DNA from: Methylococcaceae bacterium UBA2780
GTDB lineage: Bacteria; Pseudomonadota; Gammaproteobacteria; Methylococcales; UBA2780
Direction: 5' to 3'
NCBI GenBank assembly: GCA_002352345.1
Contig: DEIG01000009.1
Location: 7,573 to 71,572, forward strand
Length of the DNA stretch: 64,000 nucleotides
In this document: positions 36,321-47,162 of the stretch, one piece after another
Layout of the letters: each line of letters begins with the position of its first letter
Numbering within the stretch: the stretch's first letter is position 1
Notes under the pieces: generated by a model
Told to the model about the DNA's origin: nothing
Database searches by the model: none
Seen by the model: the letters and a program-made list of their open reading frames with translations, nothing else
Program-made: the position numbers and the translations under genes

Positions 36321-36660
36321 AGGATTCCTGATTTATCTATTCAAAACTGGCGCCAATCAATCAGCGCATCATTTTATGGCTCGACCCTGAACGACAGCTG
36401 AAATGATTTTAAAATTTCGCTCTCAAAACAGAGGATAGCGTTCTTTTAAGGAAGACAATGCAAGTTAAATACCAATAAACCTTTTATCAGTTATAAAAAC
36501 CCATCAGGCCTTACCATTGCTTACCAGACAGGAATTTAACTTAAATTCATTCCAGCCATTTATAGCGCCAAATTTGGCAAGAACTGACAAATTTGGCAGT
36601 GACTGACAGATTAAAATGCTAAGATTCAGGCTCTAAAACATTTAAACCATTTCGCTCACC

Positions 36661-38031
36661 ATGCCACCTAGACCTGCACCGGGCTCCCTTCCACATAAGG
36701 AGGAGATTTACACCGTCTCTCGCCTAAATCGTGAGAGCAAGCTAGTCTTAAGCCAGAGCTTCCACCATATCCAAGTCGAAGGCGAGCTATCAAACTTGGC
36801 GCAACCCTCATCTGGCCATATCTATTTCACCTTAAAAGATAGCGGCGCCCAGATTCGATGCGCCATGTTCAAGTCACGTCACCGACGCACGACCTTTAAA
36901 CCACAAAATGGGCAGCAAGTTATTGTCCGAGCCGATGTTAGCCTGTTTGAGCAACGGGGCGACTACCAGCTTATTGTCGACTCAATGGAAGAGTCCGGAA
37001 GCGGCCTTCTGAGACTTCAATTCGAGAAATTGATGCAGAAACTTTCTAACGAAGGACTGTTTGATGAGGACAAAAAGAGAGAAATCCCACGCTTCCCAAG
37101 CACAATAGGGATCATCACTTCGCCATCTGGTGCTGCTATTCAAGATATTTTAGCGGTTTTTCACCGGCGAGCACCGCATATTCAACTTAACATCTATCCC
37201 ACCCCCGTACAGGGCCTAGAATCCGAAAAAGCTGTCCAACAGGCGATTCGTTTAGCTGACCGCGGCTGCAAATGCGATTTGCTTATTCTTGCTCGTGGAG
37301 GCGGCTCTACCGAAGACCTGAGCCTATTTAACAGCGAACTAATTGGCAGAGAGATACATCGCTGCAAAACCCCCATAATAACGGGCATTGGTCATGAAAT
37401 TGACTTTTCAATTGCCGACTTTGTCGCAGACAGGCGTGCAGCAACTCCATCTGTTGCCGCCGAATCAAGTTGCACGGATAACAAACAACTTCTTGAACAA
37501 ATTTCACAATACAGCTCTCTATTAACTCGGCGAATCTTGGCACGGCTAGATAGCCATCGCCAGCAACTAAACTGGATAGATAAAGGACTACTACAACAGC
37601 ACCCCAACCAACAGCTCCTTGAAAAATCCCAGCGTCTTGATGAGCTAGAAATCCGTATTTATAAAGCAATAAAGAGCCACCTACATATTGCTGAATCACT
37701 CTTAAAAAGCAGAGTGAGCTGGCTAAAAAGCCACAGCCCACACCACCATATAAATCTTTTATCTGGCCACACAGAGCACTTAAGACAACGGTTAATTTCT
37801 TCAGTAAATGTGCAGAATCAGAATCGAAAACATCATTTGAGTGAAGCTGTTCGTACGATTGAAGCTGTCAGCCCTTTATCCACTTTGGCGAGAGGCTATG
37901 CTATTGTTTGCGACTCTAAAAACCACAAATTACTTCGCTCAACAGAAGAGACCAAAGTGGAGGAAAATATCGATGTACGCCTCTCGAATGGCATTCTCAC
38001 CTGCCTGGTTAAGGAAATCCATAATGACTAA
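36661..38031 (+). CDS. xseA: exodeoxyribonuclease VII large subunit
   Basis: IYTVSRLNRESKLVL...VEGELSN (OB fold), GIITSPSGAAIQDI, RGGGSTEDL. Confidence 0.92.
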   Translation: MPPRPAPGSLPHKEEIYTVSRLNRESKLVLSQSFHHIQVEGELSNLAQPSSGHIYFTLKDSGAQIRCAMFKSRHRRTTFKPQNGQQVIVRADVSLFEQRGDYQLIVDSMEESGSGLLRLQFEKLMQKLSNEGLFDEDKKREIPRFPSTIGIITSPSGAAIQDILAVFHRRAPHIQLNIYPTPVQGLESEKAVQQAIRLADRGCKCDLLILARGGGSTEDLSLFNSELIGREIHRCKTPIITGIGHEIDFSIADFVADRRAATPSVAAESSCTDNKQLLEQISQYSSLLTRRILARLDSHRQQLNWIDKGLLQQHPNQQLLEKSQRLDELEIRIYKAIKSHLHIAESLLKSRVSWLKSHSPHHHINLLSGHTEHLRQRLISSVNVQNQNRKHHLSEAVRTIEAVSPLSTLARGYAIVCDSKNHKLLRSTEETKVEENIDVRLSNGILTCLVKEIHND

Positions 38032-38875
38032 AAAACGACCGCCTCTACTGCTTGCATTCATAATTCTGGGCAGCTTTCTGTTTTCGCCTGCCTCTGTTGC
38101 CTTCCCCATAGAAGAGCTTGTTCCAGGAGGAATATCACTAATTAATCTAGGAAAAGCCGACAATTCAGAAAAGCTTCCCACTTTAATGTTCAACAAAAAG
38201 CGGGTTCTCGTTACCAAAAAAGAGGGCGATTGGGTTGCCGTCGTAGGCATCCCTCTTTCAAGCTTGCCCGGAGAGCAAAAACTAATTGGCAAAGTTAAAC
38301 AGCAGAAATTTAGCTTTTCTATCCAGAAAAAGAGATACCCAAGCCAATACATCACCATAAAAAACAAACAGATGGTTAATCCTAATCACGACAATTTAAA
38401 GAGAATCAAACGTGAACGCATTATCCTCAACAGAGCACTTTCGACTTGGAGCAACAACCCTGAAGTTCAAACCGATTTCACGCTTCCAACAAAAGGGAGG
38501 CTCAGCAGCCCTTTTGGCTTACGTCGATTCTTTAATGATCAACCACGCAAACCACATAGTGGGCTAGATATTGCTCCCGGAGCTGGAGCCCCTATTATTG
38601 CCCCAGCAAAAGGCACCGTGATCAACACGGGAAACTACTTCTTTAACGGAAATACGGTTTTAATCGACCATGGCCAAGGATTAATTAGCGGCTATTTTCA
38701 TATGAACAAGATCAAGGTTGAGGCGGGACAAACGGTGAACCAAGGAGATATACTAGGGACCGTTGGTAGCACAGGTCGCGTAACCGGCCCCCACCTACAC
38801 TGGAACGTTTACTTGAATGGGACAAAAATTAATCCCGCTCTTTTTGTCGCAGAACAACTCAATAAAACACCTTAA
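38024..38875 (+). CDS. M23 family metallopeptidase
   Basis: The ATG at 38024 overlaps the xseA stop. Signal peptide. HSGLDIA...GTVGSTGRVTGPHLHWNV (HxxxD / HxH motifs). Confidence 0.9.
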   Translation: MTKKRPPLLLAFIILGSFLFSPASVAFPIEELVPGGISLINLGKADNSEKLPTLMFNKKRVLVTKKEGDWVAVVGIPLSSLPGEQKLIGKVKQQKFSFSIQKKRYPSQYITIKNKQMVNPNHDNLKRIKRERIILNRALSTWSNNPEVQTDFTLPTKGRLSSPFGLRRFFNDQPRKPHSGLDIAPGAGAPIIAPAKGTVINTGNYFFNGNTVLIDHGQGLISGYFHMNKIKVEAGQTVNQGDILGTVGSTGRVTGPHLHWNVYLNGTKINPALFVAEQLNKTP

Positions 38876-38878
38876 ACC

Positions 38879-39169
38879 ATGCAAATAAAAGACCTTTGCA
38901 CTTGCTGCAACTACCTAACAATAACGCTTATTGAGCGCAATGAGGAAACTGCTACATTTACCTGTAGCTACTGCAAAAACAGCTTCGATCTCCCATGGAA
39001 CAATGAAACCCGCAGCCTGATTAGAACCCTAAGAGGCGGAGGCGGGCGCATGAAAAAAATTCAAAAACGCAATCCAAAGCTGCTTGAGCTTTTAGCTCAA
39101 CTAAAAGAGCCAGGCGACCATATTAGCGTGGACCCTCTCCCCTCTGACATTCAGAACAGAGAAAACTAA
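38879..39169 (+). CDS. small Cys-rich hypothetical protein (zinc-ribbon-like)
   Basis: CTCCN-x19-CSYC arrangement in the first 35 aa, with a basic/acidic tail. No clear SD. Confidence 0.4.
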   Translation: MQIKDLCTCCNYLTITLIERNEETATFTCSYCKNSFDLPWNNETRSLIRTLRGGGGRMKKIQKRNPKLLELLAQLKEPGDHISVDPLPSDIQNREN

Positions 39170-39193
39170 CCTAAACCTTACTTGAGAATAGAA

Positions 39194-39853
39194 ATGGATA
39201 GACTACCTAAAAAGGTCATCAACTTACCGCTTCTTTGCTCCCTTCTCTTTATGCTTTCTGGTTGCCAGACAGCCTACTACGGAACAATGGAGAAGCTAGG
39301 CATTCATAAACGCGACATACTTTCCGACCGAGTTGAAGAGGCTAGAGACAGTCAGCAGGATGCTAAAGAGCAATTTAAATCTGCACTTGAGCAATTTAGC
39401 GCACTCACTAATTTCAATGGCGGTGATTTAGAAGAGGTTTATAACCGCTTAAATAGTGAGTATGAAGAGAGTGATGATGCGGCAAATGCAGTCCATGATC
39501 GTATCGAAGCGGTGGAAGATGTTGCAGAGGCACTCTTTGACGAGTGGCAGGATGAACTTGGAACCTACTCAAACCAAAATCTTCGCCGCAGTAGCGAGCG
39601 GAAACTGCGGGCAACCAAACAAAAATATGGTCAACTTCTCAGCGCAATGAAACGCGCTGAAAAGAAAATTGATCCTGTACTTTCTGTCTTCCACGATCAG
39701 GTTCTTTTTCTAAAGCACAACCTGAATGCTCAAGCGATTGCTTCTTTAAAAAGTGAACTGCGTGGTGTCCAATCAAATGTCTCTTCGCTTGTTGCTGCGA
39801 TGGAGAGGTCAATCGGTGAGGCAGACGCCTTTATCAAAACTTTGGAAAAATAA
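39194..39853 (+). CDS. DUF2959 family lipoprotein
   Basis: Lipobox FMLSGC followed by YYGTMEKLGIHKRDILSDRVEEARDSQQDAKEQFKSALEQF, which matches the DUF2959 pattern as I recall it. I used the ATG at 39194 rather than the TTG at 39182. Confidence 0.6.
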   Translation: MDRLPKKVINLPLLCSLLFMLSGCQTAYYGTMEKLGIHKRDILSDRVEEARDSQQDAKEQFKSALEQFSALTNFNGGDLEEVYNRLNSEYEESDDAANAVHDRIEAVEDVAEALFDEWQDELGTYSNQNLRRSSERKLRATKQKYGQLLSAMKRAEKKIDPVLSVFHDQVLFLKHNLNAQAIASLKSELRGVQSNVSSLVAAMERSIGEADAFIKTLEK

Positions 39854-39868
39854 GATAGGGCCTGCACC

Positions 39869-39897
39869 AAATAGCCGGAGAAACCCTTCGGCTATTT
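39869..39897. terminator. hairpin terminator between convergent DUF2959 gene and der
   Basis: aaatagccg/cggctattt stem followed by a T-rich run. The right arm overlaps the der stop codon. Confidence 0.55.
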
Positions 39898-41295
39898 CCT
39901 TTTTTTCTTATTGTTCACCATCCGTTTTATCCCCTCGCGCTTTTTCACATCAATCTTGCTCAGCTTCTTGGGTCTCTCTTTAAACGGATTTGCACCAGAG
40001 CGGAATAAAACCCGAATTGGCGTCCCTTCCAGCTGTAGCTTATCTCTAAACCAGTTAATCAGGTAGCGCTTATAGGCCTCAGGAACTTCGCTCGCCTGGT
40101 TCCCGTGGATAATAATAACAGGGGGGTTTTGCCCGCCCTGATGGGCATATTTAAGTTTTATTCTTCTATTTCTGACCATAGGTGGCTGATGTTGCGCAAT
40201 TGCCTCCTTCAAAATAGTCGTCAATTTTGGTGTCGACATATCCATCATTGATGCCGCATAAAGACTTCGAATCACATCAAATAGATTGCCAACACCCGTT
40301 CCATGCAATGCCGAGATAAAATGTTTTTCCGCAAACTCAAGGAAAGGTAACTTTATCTCCAGCTGCTGTTTCACTTTCTCGCGCTGGTCACTACTCAAGC
40401 CATCCCACTTATTCAACCCGATCACGAGTGAACGCCCTGCCTCAAGAACCATTCCCAACAGCCGAGCATCTTGGTCGGTAATCCCTTCGCTGGCATCAAT
40501 CAAATAGATGGCCACATTGGCCTTATCGATTGCCTGCATGCTCTTGATAATACTAAACTTCTCAACCGTCTCTGAAATCCTAGAACGGCGGCGCATTCCA
40601 GCTGTATCAATAAGGACGAACTCTTCGCCATCACGCTCAAAAGGGATATAGACACTATCGCGTGTTGTGCCAGGTTCATCAAATACCACCACACGCTCTT
40701 CACCGAGCAACCGATTGACTAATGTGGATTTCCCGACATTTGGCCGGCCGACAATGGCTATCGCAATCCCTTTGTCTTCATCCTCTGAACCGTCCTCATC
40801 TTCAACCGGCAGTTGTGAATCAATCAATTCTAAGAGCTGCGTGACACCTCGCCCATGTGTTGCTGTAATTGGCTGCGGAACGCCTAGGCCAAGCGAATGG
40901 AAGTCGGCACTAACATTATCAATGTTTTTTCCGTCAATTTTGTTGCAAACCAAGATGATTTTCTTCGCATTCTTACGAAGCTGCTTTGCAATTTCTTCAT
41001 CTGCAGAACCGAGACCATCTTTGGCATCAACTAAAAAAAGAACAATATCTGCCTCATCGATTGCTGCATCCACCTGCCGAATAGCCACCGCATCGATTCC
41101 GCCTGCATCTTCATTGATACCGCCTGTATCAATCACGAGACATTCACGATCTCCCCGCTTTACACGACCATATTGCCGATCACGCGTTAAGCCAGGATAG
41201 TCTGCAACCAGCGCATCACGGCTGCGTGTTAGATAATTAAATAATGTTGATTTTCCAACATTTGGACGCCCAACTAGCGCGATAACCGGTAGCAT
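39892..41295 (-). CDS. der: ribosome biogenesis GTPase Der (EngA)
   Basis: Two G domains (GRPNVGKST twice, DTGG / DTAG, NKxD) plus a KH-like C-terminus and a Lys-rich tail. Confidence 0.95.
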   Translation of the reverse strand: MLPVIALVGRPNVGKSTLFNYLTRSRDALVADYPGLTRDRQYGRVKRGDRECLVIDTGGINEDAGGIDAVAIRQVDAAIDEADIVLFLVDAKDGLGSADEEIAKQLRKNAKKIILVCNKIDGKNIDNVSADFHSLGLGVPQPITATHGRGVTQLLELIDSQLPVEDEDGSEDEDKGIAIAIVGRPNVGKSTLVNRLLGEERVVVFDEPGTTRDSVYIPFERDGEEFVLIDTAGMRRRSRISETVEKFSIIKSMQAIDKANVAIYLIDASEGITDQDARLLGMVLEAGRSLVIGLNKWDGLSSDQREKVKQQLEIKLPFLEFAEKHFISALHGTGVGNLFDVIRSLYAASMMDMSTPKLTTILKEAIAQHQPPMVRNRRIKLKYAHQGGQNPPVIIIHGNQASEVPEAYKRYLINWFRDKLQLEGTPIRVLFRSGANPFKERPKKLSKIDVKKREGIKRMVNNKKKRK

Positions 41296-41307
41296 TTAAA
41301 TGACCAC

Positions 41308-42450
41308 TTATTGAATAGAAACGGCTGCGAGAGTGCCGCCTTTTCCGTAAACATAAAGAACACCAGACTCAACAACCGGTTTCACCAAAATACCATCACT
41401 ATCTACTTTAACTCTCGAGATTTCTCGCCCATCGTCTTGAGAAAACCAGTGTAAATAACCCTCATAGTCACCCACAACAAAATAGTCATCATAAATAACT
41501 GGTGCGGTAAGTTGACGGTTTTGAAGCGCATCTTGTTTCCAAACCGTTGCGCCATTATCTAAATCCAAAGCCCAAATGTTGCTTTTCTCATCGGTTACAA
41601 AGAGATAGCGCCAGCCAGCATCCATACCTGCAAAAGATGAGACACTCTTCCTATTCCACAACATCTCTCCTGTACTCAAAGACATTGCGGTAATACCCGC
41701 GTTGTAACTGGCAATGTAAGCGACATCGTCAGCAATGACAGGGTCAGCATCAATATCGACAATGCGTTCAATCTCTGATCGCCCACTTGGAATTGAAATA
41801 CTAATTTCCCATGCAACCTGCCCATCCTTTAGACGAAGCGCAACCAGCTTCCCACTTGCATACCCATTGATCACCATATCGCCTAATATCAAAGGTGAAC
41901 TGGTCCCCCTAAGACTAAGCGCAGGAACTACTCGATCATAAAACCAGATTCTGTGGCCATCCTCTTCACTCAAAGCAGAGATTCTGCCGTCGACTGTTCT
42001 AACAATCACAACACCATTTGCAGCTTGCGGCACCGCCAAAACCTCACTAGGGACCTTTGTGCGCCATAGCTCACCACCATCCAAGTCACTTAAGGCCACC
42101 ACCTCACCGTCGCTGGTTCCGACAACAACCATTCCATCGCCAACACCTGGGCCACTCGACAACAAAAGCTCGGTTTCAGCTTCCCAGAGCTCTTCACCAT
42201 CTTCTAATTTATAGGCGACAACATTGCCTTCATGATCAGCAGCAACGACTTTGTCATAAAATAGTGCTGGCACCAAATTCACTCTCTGCTCACCACTACC
42301 CGCACCAACGCCCTCATCCCAAAGTATCGACGCCTCAATTTCTTCATCAATAGAAAGTAACTCTCTTGGTAGATCCAAATCATCAGGGGTGCTTGCACAA
42401 CCTGAAATTAAGAGAAAAATCGCTATCGCTAGACCAGAAAAACGTCTCAC
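41308..42450 (-). CDS. bamB: outer membrane protein assembly factor BamB
   Basis: Lipobox LISGC. Repeated PQQ-like beta-propeller blades. Canonical position between yfgM and der. Confidence 0.9.
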   Translation of the reverse strand: MRRFSGLAIAIFLLISGCASTPDDLDLPRELLSIDEEIEASILWDEGVGAGSGEQRVNLVPALFYDKVVAADHEGNVVAYKLEDGEELWEAETELLLSSGPGVGDGMVVVGTSDGEVVALSDLDGGELWRTKVPSEVLAVPQAANGVVIVRTVDGRISALSEEDGHRIWFYDRVVPALSLRGTSSPLILGDMVINGYASGKLVALRLKDGQVAWEISISIPSGRSEIERIVDIDADPVIADDVAYIASYNAGITAMSLSTGEMLWNRKSVSSFAGMDAGWRYLFVTDEKSNIWALDLDNGATVWKQDALQNRQLTAPVIYDDYFVVGDYEGYLHWFSQDDGREISRVKVDSDGILVKPVVESGVLYVYGKGGTLAAVSIQ

Positions 42451-43082
42451 CCGGCAACCCCTCCAACACCAAGATCATCCAGCTTCAACTGAATCAAGCC
42501 ACTATTTCTTGTTGGCTTAAGTAACGCCTTTTGGTAGGCCAACCTAGCTTTTTCCTTTTCACCCAAAACCACGTACGCATCACCTAATAGTTCGTCATAC
42601 AAGACGGAAAAACTCCCAGAATCTATTGGCGAAAGCAGTTGAACAACACCAGCCGGACTATTTTCATCGAGTAGCAACTGCGCAAGACGAACTCTCGCCA
42701 GATGAACAATATCTTCATGCTTTGATTTTTCGACCAAAGCTTGTAGAAGCTCTTTTGCCTTCCCATTTTCTCCTGCTAAAACTTTTTGTTTAGCTAGAAA
42801 AAGAGAGGCATATTCCGCATATGCACTATCGCTATAGCCATCAATCAGCTGATGGCTCAATTTGGAAATAGCATCACCCTCTCCCTTCTCATTTGCGACC
42901 AAAAGCTGCTCGTAAATGTTTGAGGCCTGTTCAGCCTGGGTATGAATCTGGTTTTGCCAAGCTTTCCAGCCCATAATTGCTGAAACACCCACGACAACGC
43001 CGACAATAATCGAGCGGCTATTCTCCTTCCACCATGCTTTAAGTGCTTCTACCTGCTGCTCTTCAGTTTGATAGGCATCCAT
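42447..43082 (-). CDS. yfgM: YfgM family (ancillary SecYEG-associated, TPR-like) membrane protein
   Basis: TEEQQVEALKAWWKENSRSIIVGVVVGV... N-terminal anchor plus a TPR-like body. 4-nt overlap with bamB. Confidence 0.8.
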   Translation of the reverse strand: MDAYQTEEQQVEALKAWWKENSRSIIVGVVVGVSAIMGWKAWQNQIHTQAEQASNIYEQLLVANEKGEGDAISKLSHQLIDGYSDSAYAEYASLFLAKQKVLAGENGKAKELLQALVEKSKHEDIVHLARVRLAQLLLDENSPAGVVQLLSPIDSGSFSVLYDELLGDAYVVLGEKEKARLAYQKALLKPTRNSGLIQLKLDDLGVGGVAG

Positions 43083-43133
43083 AACTTTCCTCTTTAACGA
43101 CTATATAAAAGCTTTGAAAAATGATTCCACTTT

Positions 43134-44408
43134 TCAAAGGCTCTTGTTCTTAAAAAACTCGACCAACTCAGAGAATGAGACTGACTTCTGCTCGCCTTTC
43201 TCTCTCAATGGCTTCAGACCAATCTGGCTATTTTCGACCTCTTCTTCAGCTAATATCATGGCGAATTGCGCGCCACTTTTATCCGCCTTTTTGAATTGGC
43301 TTTTAAAGCTACCACCGCCACAGTGCAGCAATATCTTTAGATCTGGCAACGCATCGCGTAGCTTCTCAGCTAAAATAATTCCTTTTTCTTGCGCCTTATC
43401 ACCCACACAAATCAGATAACCATCCATTTGCGTTTGACCCAGTTCATTTTCGCCATTTTCCAGCAAAGAGATTAGACGCTCCAAGCCCAGAGCAAAGCCT
43501 ATCGCAGAGGTTGGCTTTCCACCCAACTGCTCCACCAATCCATCATATCGGCCACCCGCACAGACCGTGCCTTGAGCACCAAGCTCTGTTGTCACCCACT
43601 CAAATACGGTATTGCAATAGTAGTCCAGCCCTCGAACAAGGCGTGGATTTAGACGGTAAGGGATACCTACCGCATCGAGCATTTCCGTTAACTTTCGGAA
43701 ACTACTACTGGATTCTTCCCCAAGAAAATCACTTAATAGTGGCGCCTCTTCAATAAGAGATTGCATCTCTGGATTCTTGCTATCAAGAATTCTTAATGGA
43801 TTTGAACCGAGACGACGTAAGCTATCTTCATCGAGCTGCTCTTTACGCGCCTCTAACCAGTTCACCAGCTGCTCACGATAAACGATCCGCTCTTCACTGG
43901 TACCGAGTGAATTAAGCTGAAGTTCCATTCGGTCGGCCAGCCCCAGTTTTTTCCAAAGCCGTGCTGTTAACATTATTAATTCGGCATCAATATCAGGCCC
44001 CGCCAAACCAAAGGATTCAACACCTATTTGGTGAAACTGGCGGTAACGTCCTTTTTGCGGTCTTTCATGCCTGAACATTGGCCCAACATACCAAAGTCTC
44101 TGCACCTGATTATGAAGTAAACCTTGCTCAATCGCTGCGCGAACACACCCAGCAGTCCCTTCTGGCCTAAGTGCGAGCGAATCACCATTTCGGTCATCAA
44201 ACAGATACATCTCTTTCTCGACGATATCGGTTACCTCCCCGATTGAACGGCAAAAAAGTTCGGTTTTCTCAACAATAGGCATCCTGATTTCACGATAGCC
44301 ATAACCATTGAGCAGTTCTCGTGCAACGGCTTCAACCTGCTGCCAAAGCGAAGTCTGCTCTGGCAGAATATCCCGCATTCCGCGGATAGCTTGAATTTTT
44401 TTGGACAT
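43134..44408 (-). CDS. hisS: histidine-tRNA ligase
   Basis: [16 protein letters not shown]..., [31 protein letters not shown]. The start was trimmed to the ATG at 44408. Confidence 0.95.
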   Translation of the reverse strand: MSKKIQAIRGMRDILPEQTSLWQQVEAVARELLNGYGYREIRMPIVEKTELFCRSIGEVTDIVEKEMYLFDDRNGDSLALRPEGTAGCVRAAIEQGLLHNQVQRLWYVGPMFRHERPQKGRYRQFHQIGVESFGLAGPDIDAELIMLTARLWKKLGLADRMELQLNSLGTSEERIVYREQLVNWLEARKEQLDEDSLRRLGSNPLRILDSKNPEMQSLIEEAPLLSDFLGEESSSSFRKLTEMLDAVGIPYRLNPRLVRGLDYYCNTVFEWVTTELGAQGTVCAGGRYDGLVEQLGGKPTSAIGFALGLERLISLLENGENELGQTQMDGYLICVGDKAQEKGIILAEKLRDALPDLKILLHCGGGSFKSQFKKADKSGAQFAMILAEEEVENSQIGLKPLREKGEQKSVSFSELVEFFKNKSL

Positions 44409-44421
44409 AATTCTTAAACTG

Positions 44422-45177
44422 TTACCGATATTGTGGGTATCTTTCTTCAAGCCTGTTTACTTCATCCGAATCGGGGAATTTTGAGCGCAAAGTGAGCACA
44501 TAGCTAGCAACTGCATCTTGTTGCCCCAATTCATGTTCAACCTGAATACCAAGCCATAGTGTCTCAGCAGTATGTAGACTAACGTCTCTAAACCGCTGTA
44601 AATATGCTCGTGAAGATAAAAAGTTTCCCTTCCGGAATTTGATCTTAGCCATACTCAAAAGAGCAATTGGGAGCTGTGGGTGAATCTCTAATGCCTTCCT
44701 AAACAGCTCACTCGCCTTATCTACGCGCCTGTTCTTTAAAAAACACTGTCCTGCATTTGAAAACGCGAGCCATTTCTTTGCGTTTAACGGATCTTCATAA
44801 GCAACTTTAAAGTGGTTGATTGCCTCATCTGGCTTGCCCGCTTTACACAAGAAAAGCCCATAGTTGTTTTGGGCTCCCGCGTTTGTTGAATCAATAGCGA
44901 TTGCTTTTTTAAAGTGGCGCTCCGCCAGCACCCCTTCACCTAACTTATCGTATAGCACTGCAATCACAGCATGTGCATCACTTGAACGAGAGTCCACCTC
45001 AATCGCTTTCTTTAGGTTATCAAGCGCCACCTCGTTATTGCCCATACCCATATAGCCCACGCCCAACTGAACATAGACATCTGCAGGGCTTTTTTCAGAT
45101 TGATCAAGATAATCTTTCTTCGTTGCGCAAGAAACCGTAACCAAGCAGGCTAATGCCAGCATTAATAATCGACTCAT
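44422..45177 (-). CDS. pilW: type IV pilus biogenesis/stability TPR lipoprotein PilW (PilF)
   Basis: Lipobox VTVSC. Six TPR-like repeats. Conserved position between rlmN and hisS. Confidence 0.75.
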   Translation of the reverse strand: MSRLLMLALACLVTVSCATKKDYLDQSEKSPADVYVQLGVGYMGMGNNEVALDNLKKAIEVDSRSSDAHAVIAVLYDKLGEGVLAERHFKKAIAIDSTNAGAQNNYGLFLCKAGKPDEAINHFKVAYEDPLNAKKWLAFSNAGQCFLKNRRVDKASELFRKALEIHPQLPIALLSMAKIKFRKGNFLSSRAYLQRFRDVSLHTAETLWLGIQVEHELGQQDAVASYVLTLRSKFPDSDEVNRLEERYPQYR

Positions 45178-46262
45178 ACCGCCTCCTGTTTCAGCTCTTT
45201 TTTCAACTGACGCTTTGTCTTATCTTTGACTCTTCCAACAAGCTGTCCACACGCGGCATCAATATCATCACCCCGAGTTTTCCGCCGTGTTGTCACAAAA
45301 CCTTTTTCTTGAAGAATCGACTTAAAGCGCTCCATTGCATTCCGACTAGAACAGCGATACGGGCTACCGGGATAAGGATTGAATGGAATTAGGTTGATTT
45401 TGGAAGGAACATCTTTCAAGAGCCTAGCAAGTTCGAGCGCCAGCTCTGGAGTGTCATTAACTTTATCGATCATCACGTACTCGATGGTAATCGAGTTGCG
45501 CTCTCTCCCTCCAGAAATATAGTTTTTACAACTTTCCAGAAGCATTTTAATCGGATATTTCTGGTTGATCGGAACCAACTCATCGCGCAATTCATCATTT
45601 GGCGCATGCAGAGAAAGCGCCAATGCCACATCAATCTCTTCTTTCAAGCGATCTAGCGCCGGAACAACACCCGAAGTGCTAATCGTCACCCTTCGCTTGG
45701 ATAACCCATACGCAAAATCATCAAGCATCAACTGCATCGCCGCAACAACATTATTGAAGTTGAGTAGAGGCTCGCCCATCCCCATCATCACAACATTGCT
45801 GATCCGCACATCTTCACCCAACTCTCGAGTGGCGACCCAAAGTTGACCAATAATTTCTGCCACACTCAGGTTGCGGTTAAAACCCTGCTGGGCTGTCGAG
45901 CAAAAAGAGCACTCTAACGCGCAGCCAACTTGAGAAGAGACACAGAGCGTCCCGCGATTCTGTTCTGGAATAAAAACCGCCTCAACACGATTATTGCAAC
46001 CGAGTTGAAGAAGCCATTTACGCGTTCCGTCCTTAGATGTTTGCTCAAAAACAACTTCTGGAACTAAAACCTCGCAATGCTCTTTTAACCAAGCACGTAA
46101 AGCTTTGCTCAAGTTGGTCATCTCGTCGAAATCGGTGACCCTTTGCTGATGGATCCATTTGAGAAGTTGTCTCGCACGAAAAGGCTTCTCACCCATTTCA
46201 ACAAAAAAGGCTTCCATGCCCTTTCTGTCTAGGTCGAAAAGATTCTGCTTTTTCGTACTCAT
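45174..46262 (-). CDS. rlmN: 23S rRNA/tRNA (adenine-C2)-methyltransferase RlmN (radical SAM)
   Basis: [17 protein letters not shown] radical-SAM cluster motif, GMGEPLLN, C-terminal ACGQL. Confidence 0.95.
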   Translation of the reverse strand: MSTKKQNLFDLDRKGMEAFFVEMGEKPFRARQLLKWIHQQRVTDFDEMTNLSKALRAWLKEHCEVLVPEVVFEQTSKDGTRKWLLQLGCNNRVEAVFIPEQNRGTLCVSSQVGCALECSFCSTAQQGFNRNLSVAEIIGQLWVATRELGEDVRISNVVMMGMGEPLLNFNNVVAAMQLMLDDFAYGLSKRRVTISTSGVVPALDRLKEEIDVALALSLHAPNDELRDELVPINQKYPIKMLLESCKNYISGGRERNSITIEYVMIDKVNDTPELALELARLLKDVPSKINLIPFNPYPGSPYRCSSRNAMERFKSILQEKGFVTTRRKTRGDDIDAACGQLVGRVKDKTKRQLKKELKQEAV

Positions 46263-46284
46263 TTTTTACGCTTGAAGTCCGTTA

Positions 46285-46716
46285 TTAACGGATACGAGGG
46301 CAAATTTCGTCATCAGAAAAGAAGTAAGCAATCTCTTCTTTTGCTGTTTCAGGCGCATCAGAACCATGTACTGCATTCTCATCAATGCTGCTTGCGAAAT
46401 CGGCGCGAATCGTTCCAGCGTCAGCTTCTGCAGGGTTAGTTGCGCCCATTAGCTCACGGTTTTTCAGAATAGCATTTTCACCTTCAAGCGCCTGAACCAT
46501 TACTGGGCCAGAAATCATGAATTCAACTAGATCATTGAAAAAAGGACGCTCTTTATGAACAGCATAAAAACCTTCAGCCTGCTCGCGTGTTAGCTGAACC
46601 ATTTTTGAAGCAATAATTGTCAAGCCACCTTTTTCAAAACGGCTATAAATTTCACCAATAACATTTTTAGCTACCGCATCAGGCTTAACAATAGAAAAAG
46701 TACGTTCAATCGCCAT
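46285..46716 (-). CDS. ndk: nucleoside-diphosphate kinase
   Basis: [12 protein letters not shown]..., NAVHGSD active-site His, 143 aa. Confidence 0.96.
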   Translation of the reverse strand: MAIERTFSIVKPDAVAKNVIGEIYSRFEKGGLTIIASKMVQLTREQAEGFYAVHKERPFFNDLVEFMISGPVMVQALEGENAILKNRELMGATNPAEADAGTIRADFASSIDENAVHGSDAPETAKEEIAYFFSDDEICPRIR

Positions 46717-46735
46717 CTAAATCTCCAAATTTTCA

Positions 46736-46768
46736 ATAAAAACAAAACCCGTGATTATACACGGGTTT
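46736..46768 (-). terminator. rho-independent terminator after iscA
   Basis: 9-bp stem aaacccgtg/cacgggttt with a 6-nt loop, followed on the minus strand by ttttgttttt. Confidence 0.7.
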
Positions 46769-46797
46769 GTATGCGTAAAACGTAACTAATTAAGCGG

Positions 46798-47121
46798 CTA
46801 GACTGAAAAACTCTCTCCGCAGCCACAGCTATCCTTAACATTCGGGTTATTAAAGCGGAAGGCCTCATTAATCCCTTCACGGGTATAGTCAAGCTCAGTG
46901 CCATCGAGAAAGCTCATGCTCTCATTTGAGACAACAACCTTGACCCCATAACTCTCGATCACCTGATCATCTGCACCCGCCTCATCAGCATATTCGATAA
47001 CATAGGCAAAACCGGTACAACCTGATTTTTTAACACCAAGTCTTAAGCCCAATCCATTCCCTCGCTTTTTAAGCTGCTTTTCTATCTGCTTTGCAGCCCT
47101 CTCAGTCAACGTTATTGGCAT
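46798..47121 (-). CDS. iscA: iron-sulfur cluster insertion protein (IscA/ErpA, HesB family)
   Basis: 107 aa, GCTGF... and C-terminal CGCGESF. Confidence 0.85.
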   Translation of the reverse strand: MPITLTERAAKQIEKQLKKRGNGLGLRLGVKKSGCTGFAYVIEYADEAGADDQVIESYGVKVVVSNESMSFLDGTELDYTREGINEAFRFNNPNVKDSCGCGESFSV

Positions 47122-47162
47122 CCCATACTCCTAATTTTCTCTTTAGCCATCTAAATTCTTCA

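Noticed and set aside
40667-41200. 177-aa plus-strand ORF inside der, and similar long antisense ORFs at 54979-55554 (hisF), 25892-26356 (MCO), 6665-7054 (motB) and 37328-37741 (xseA)
   Set aside because: All lie opposite genes with unambiguous family motifs. They have Ser/Pro/Arg-rich low-complexity translations and no SD, so they are shadow ORFs.
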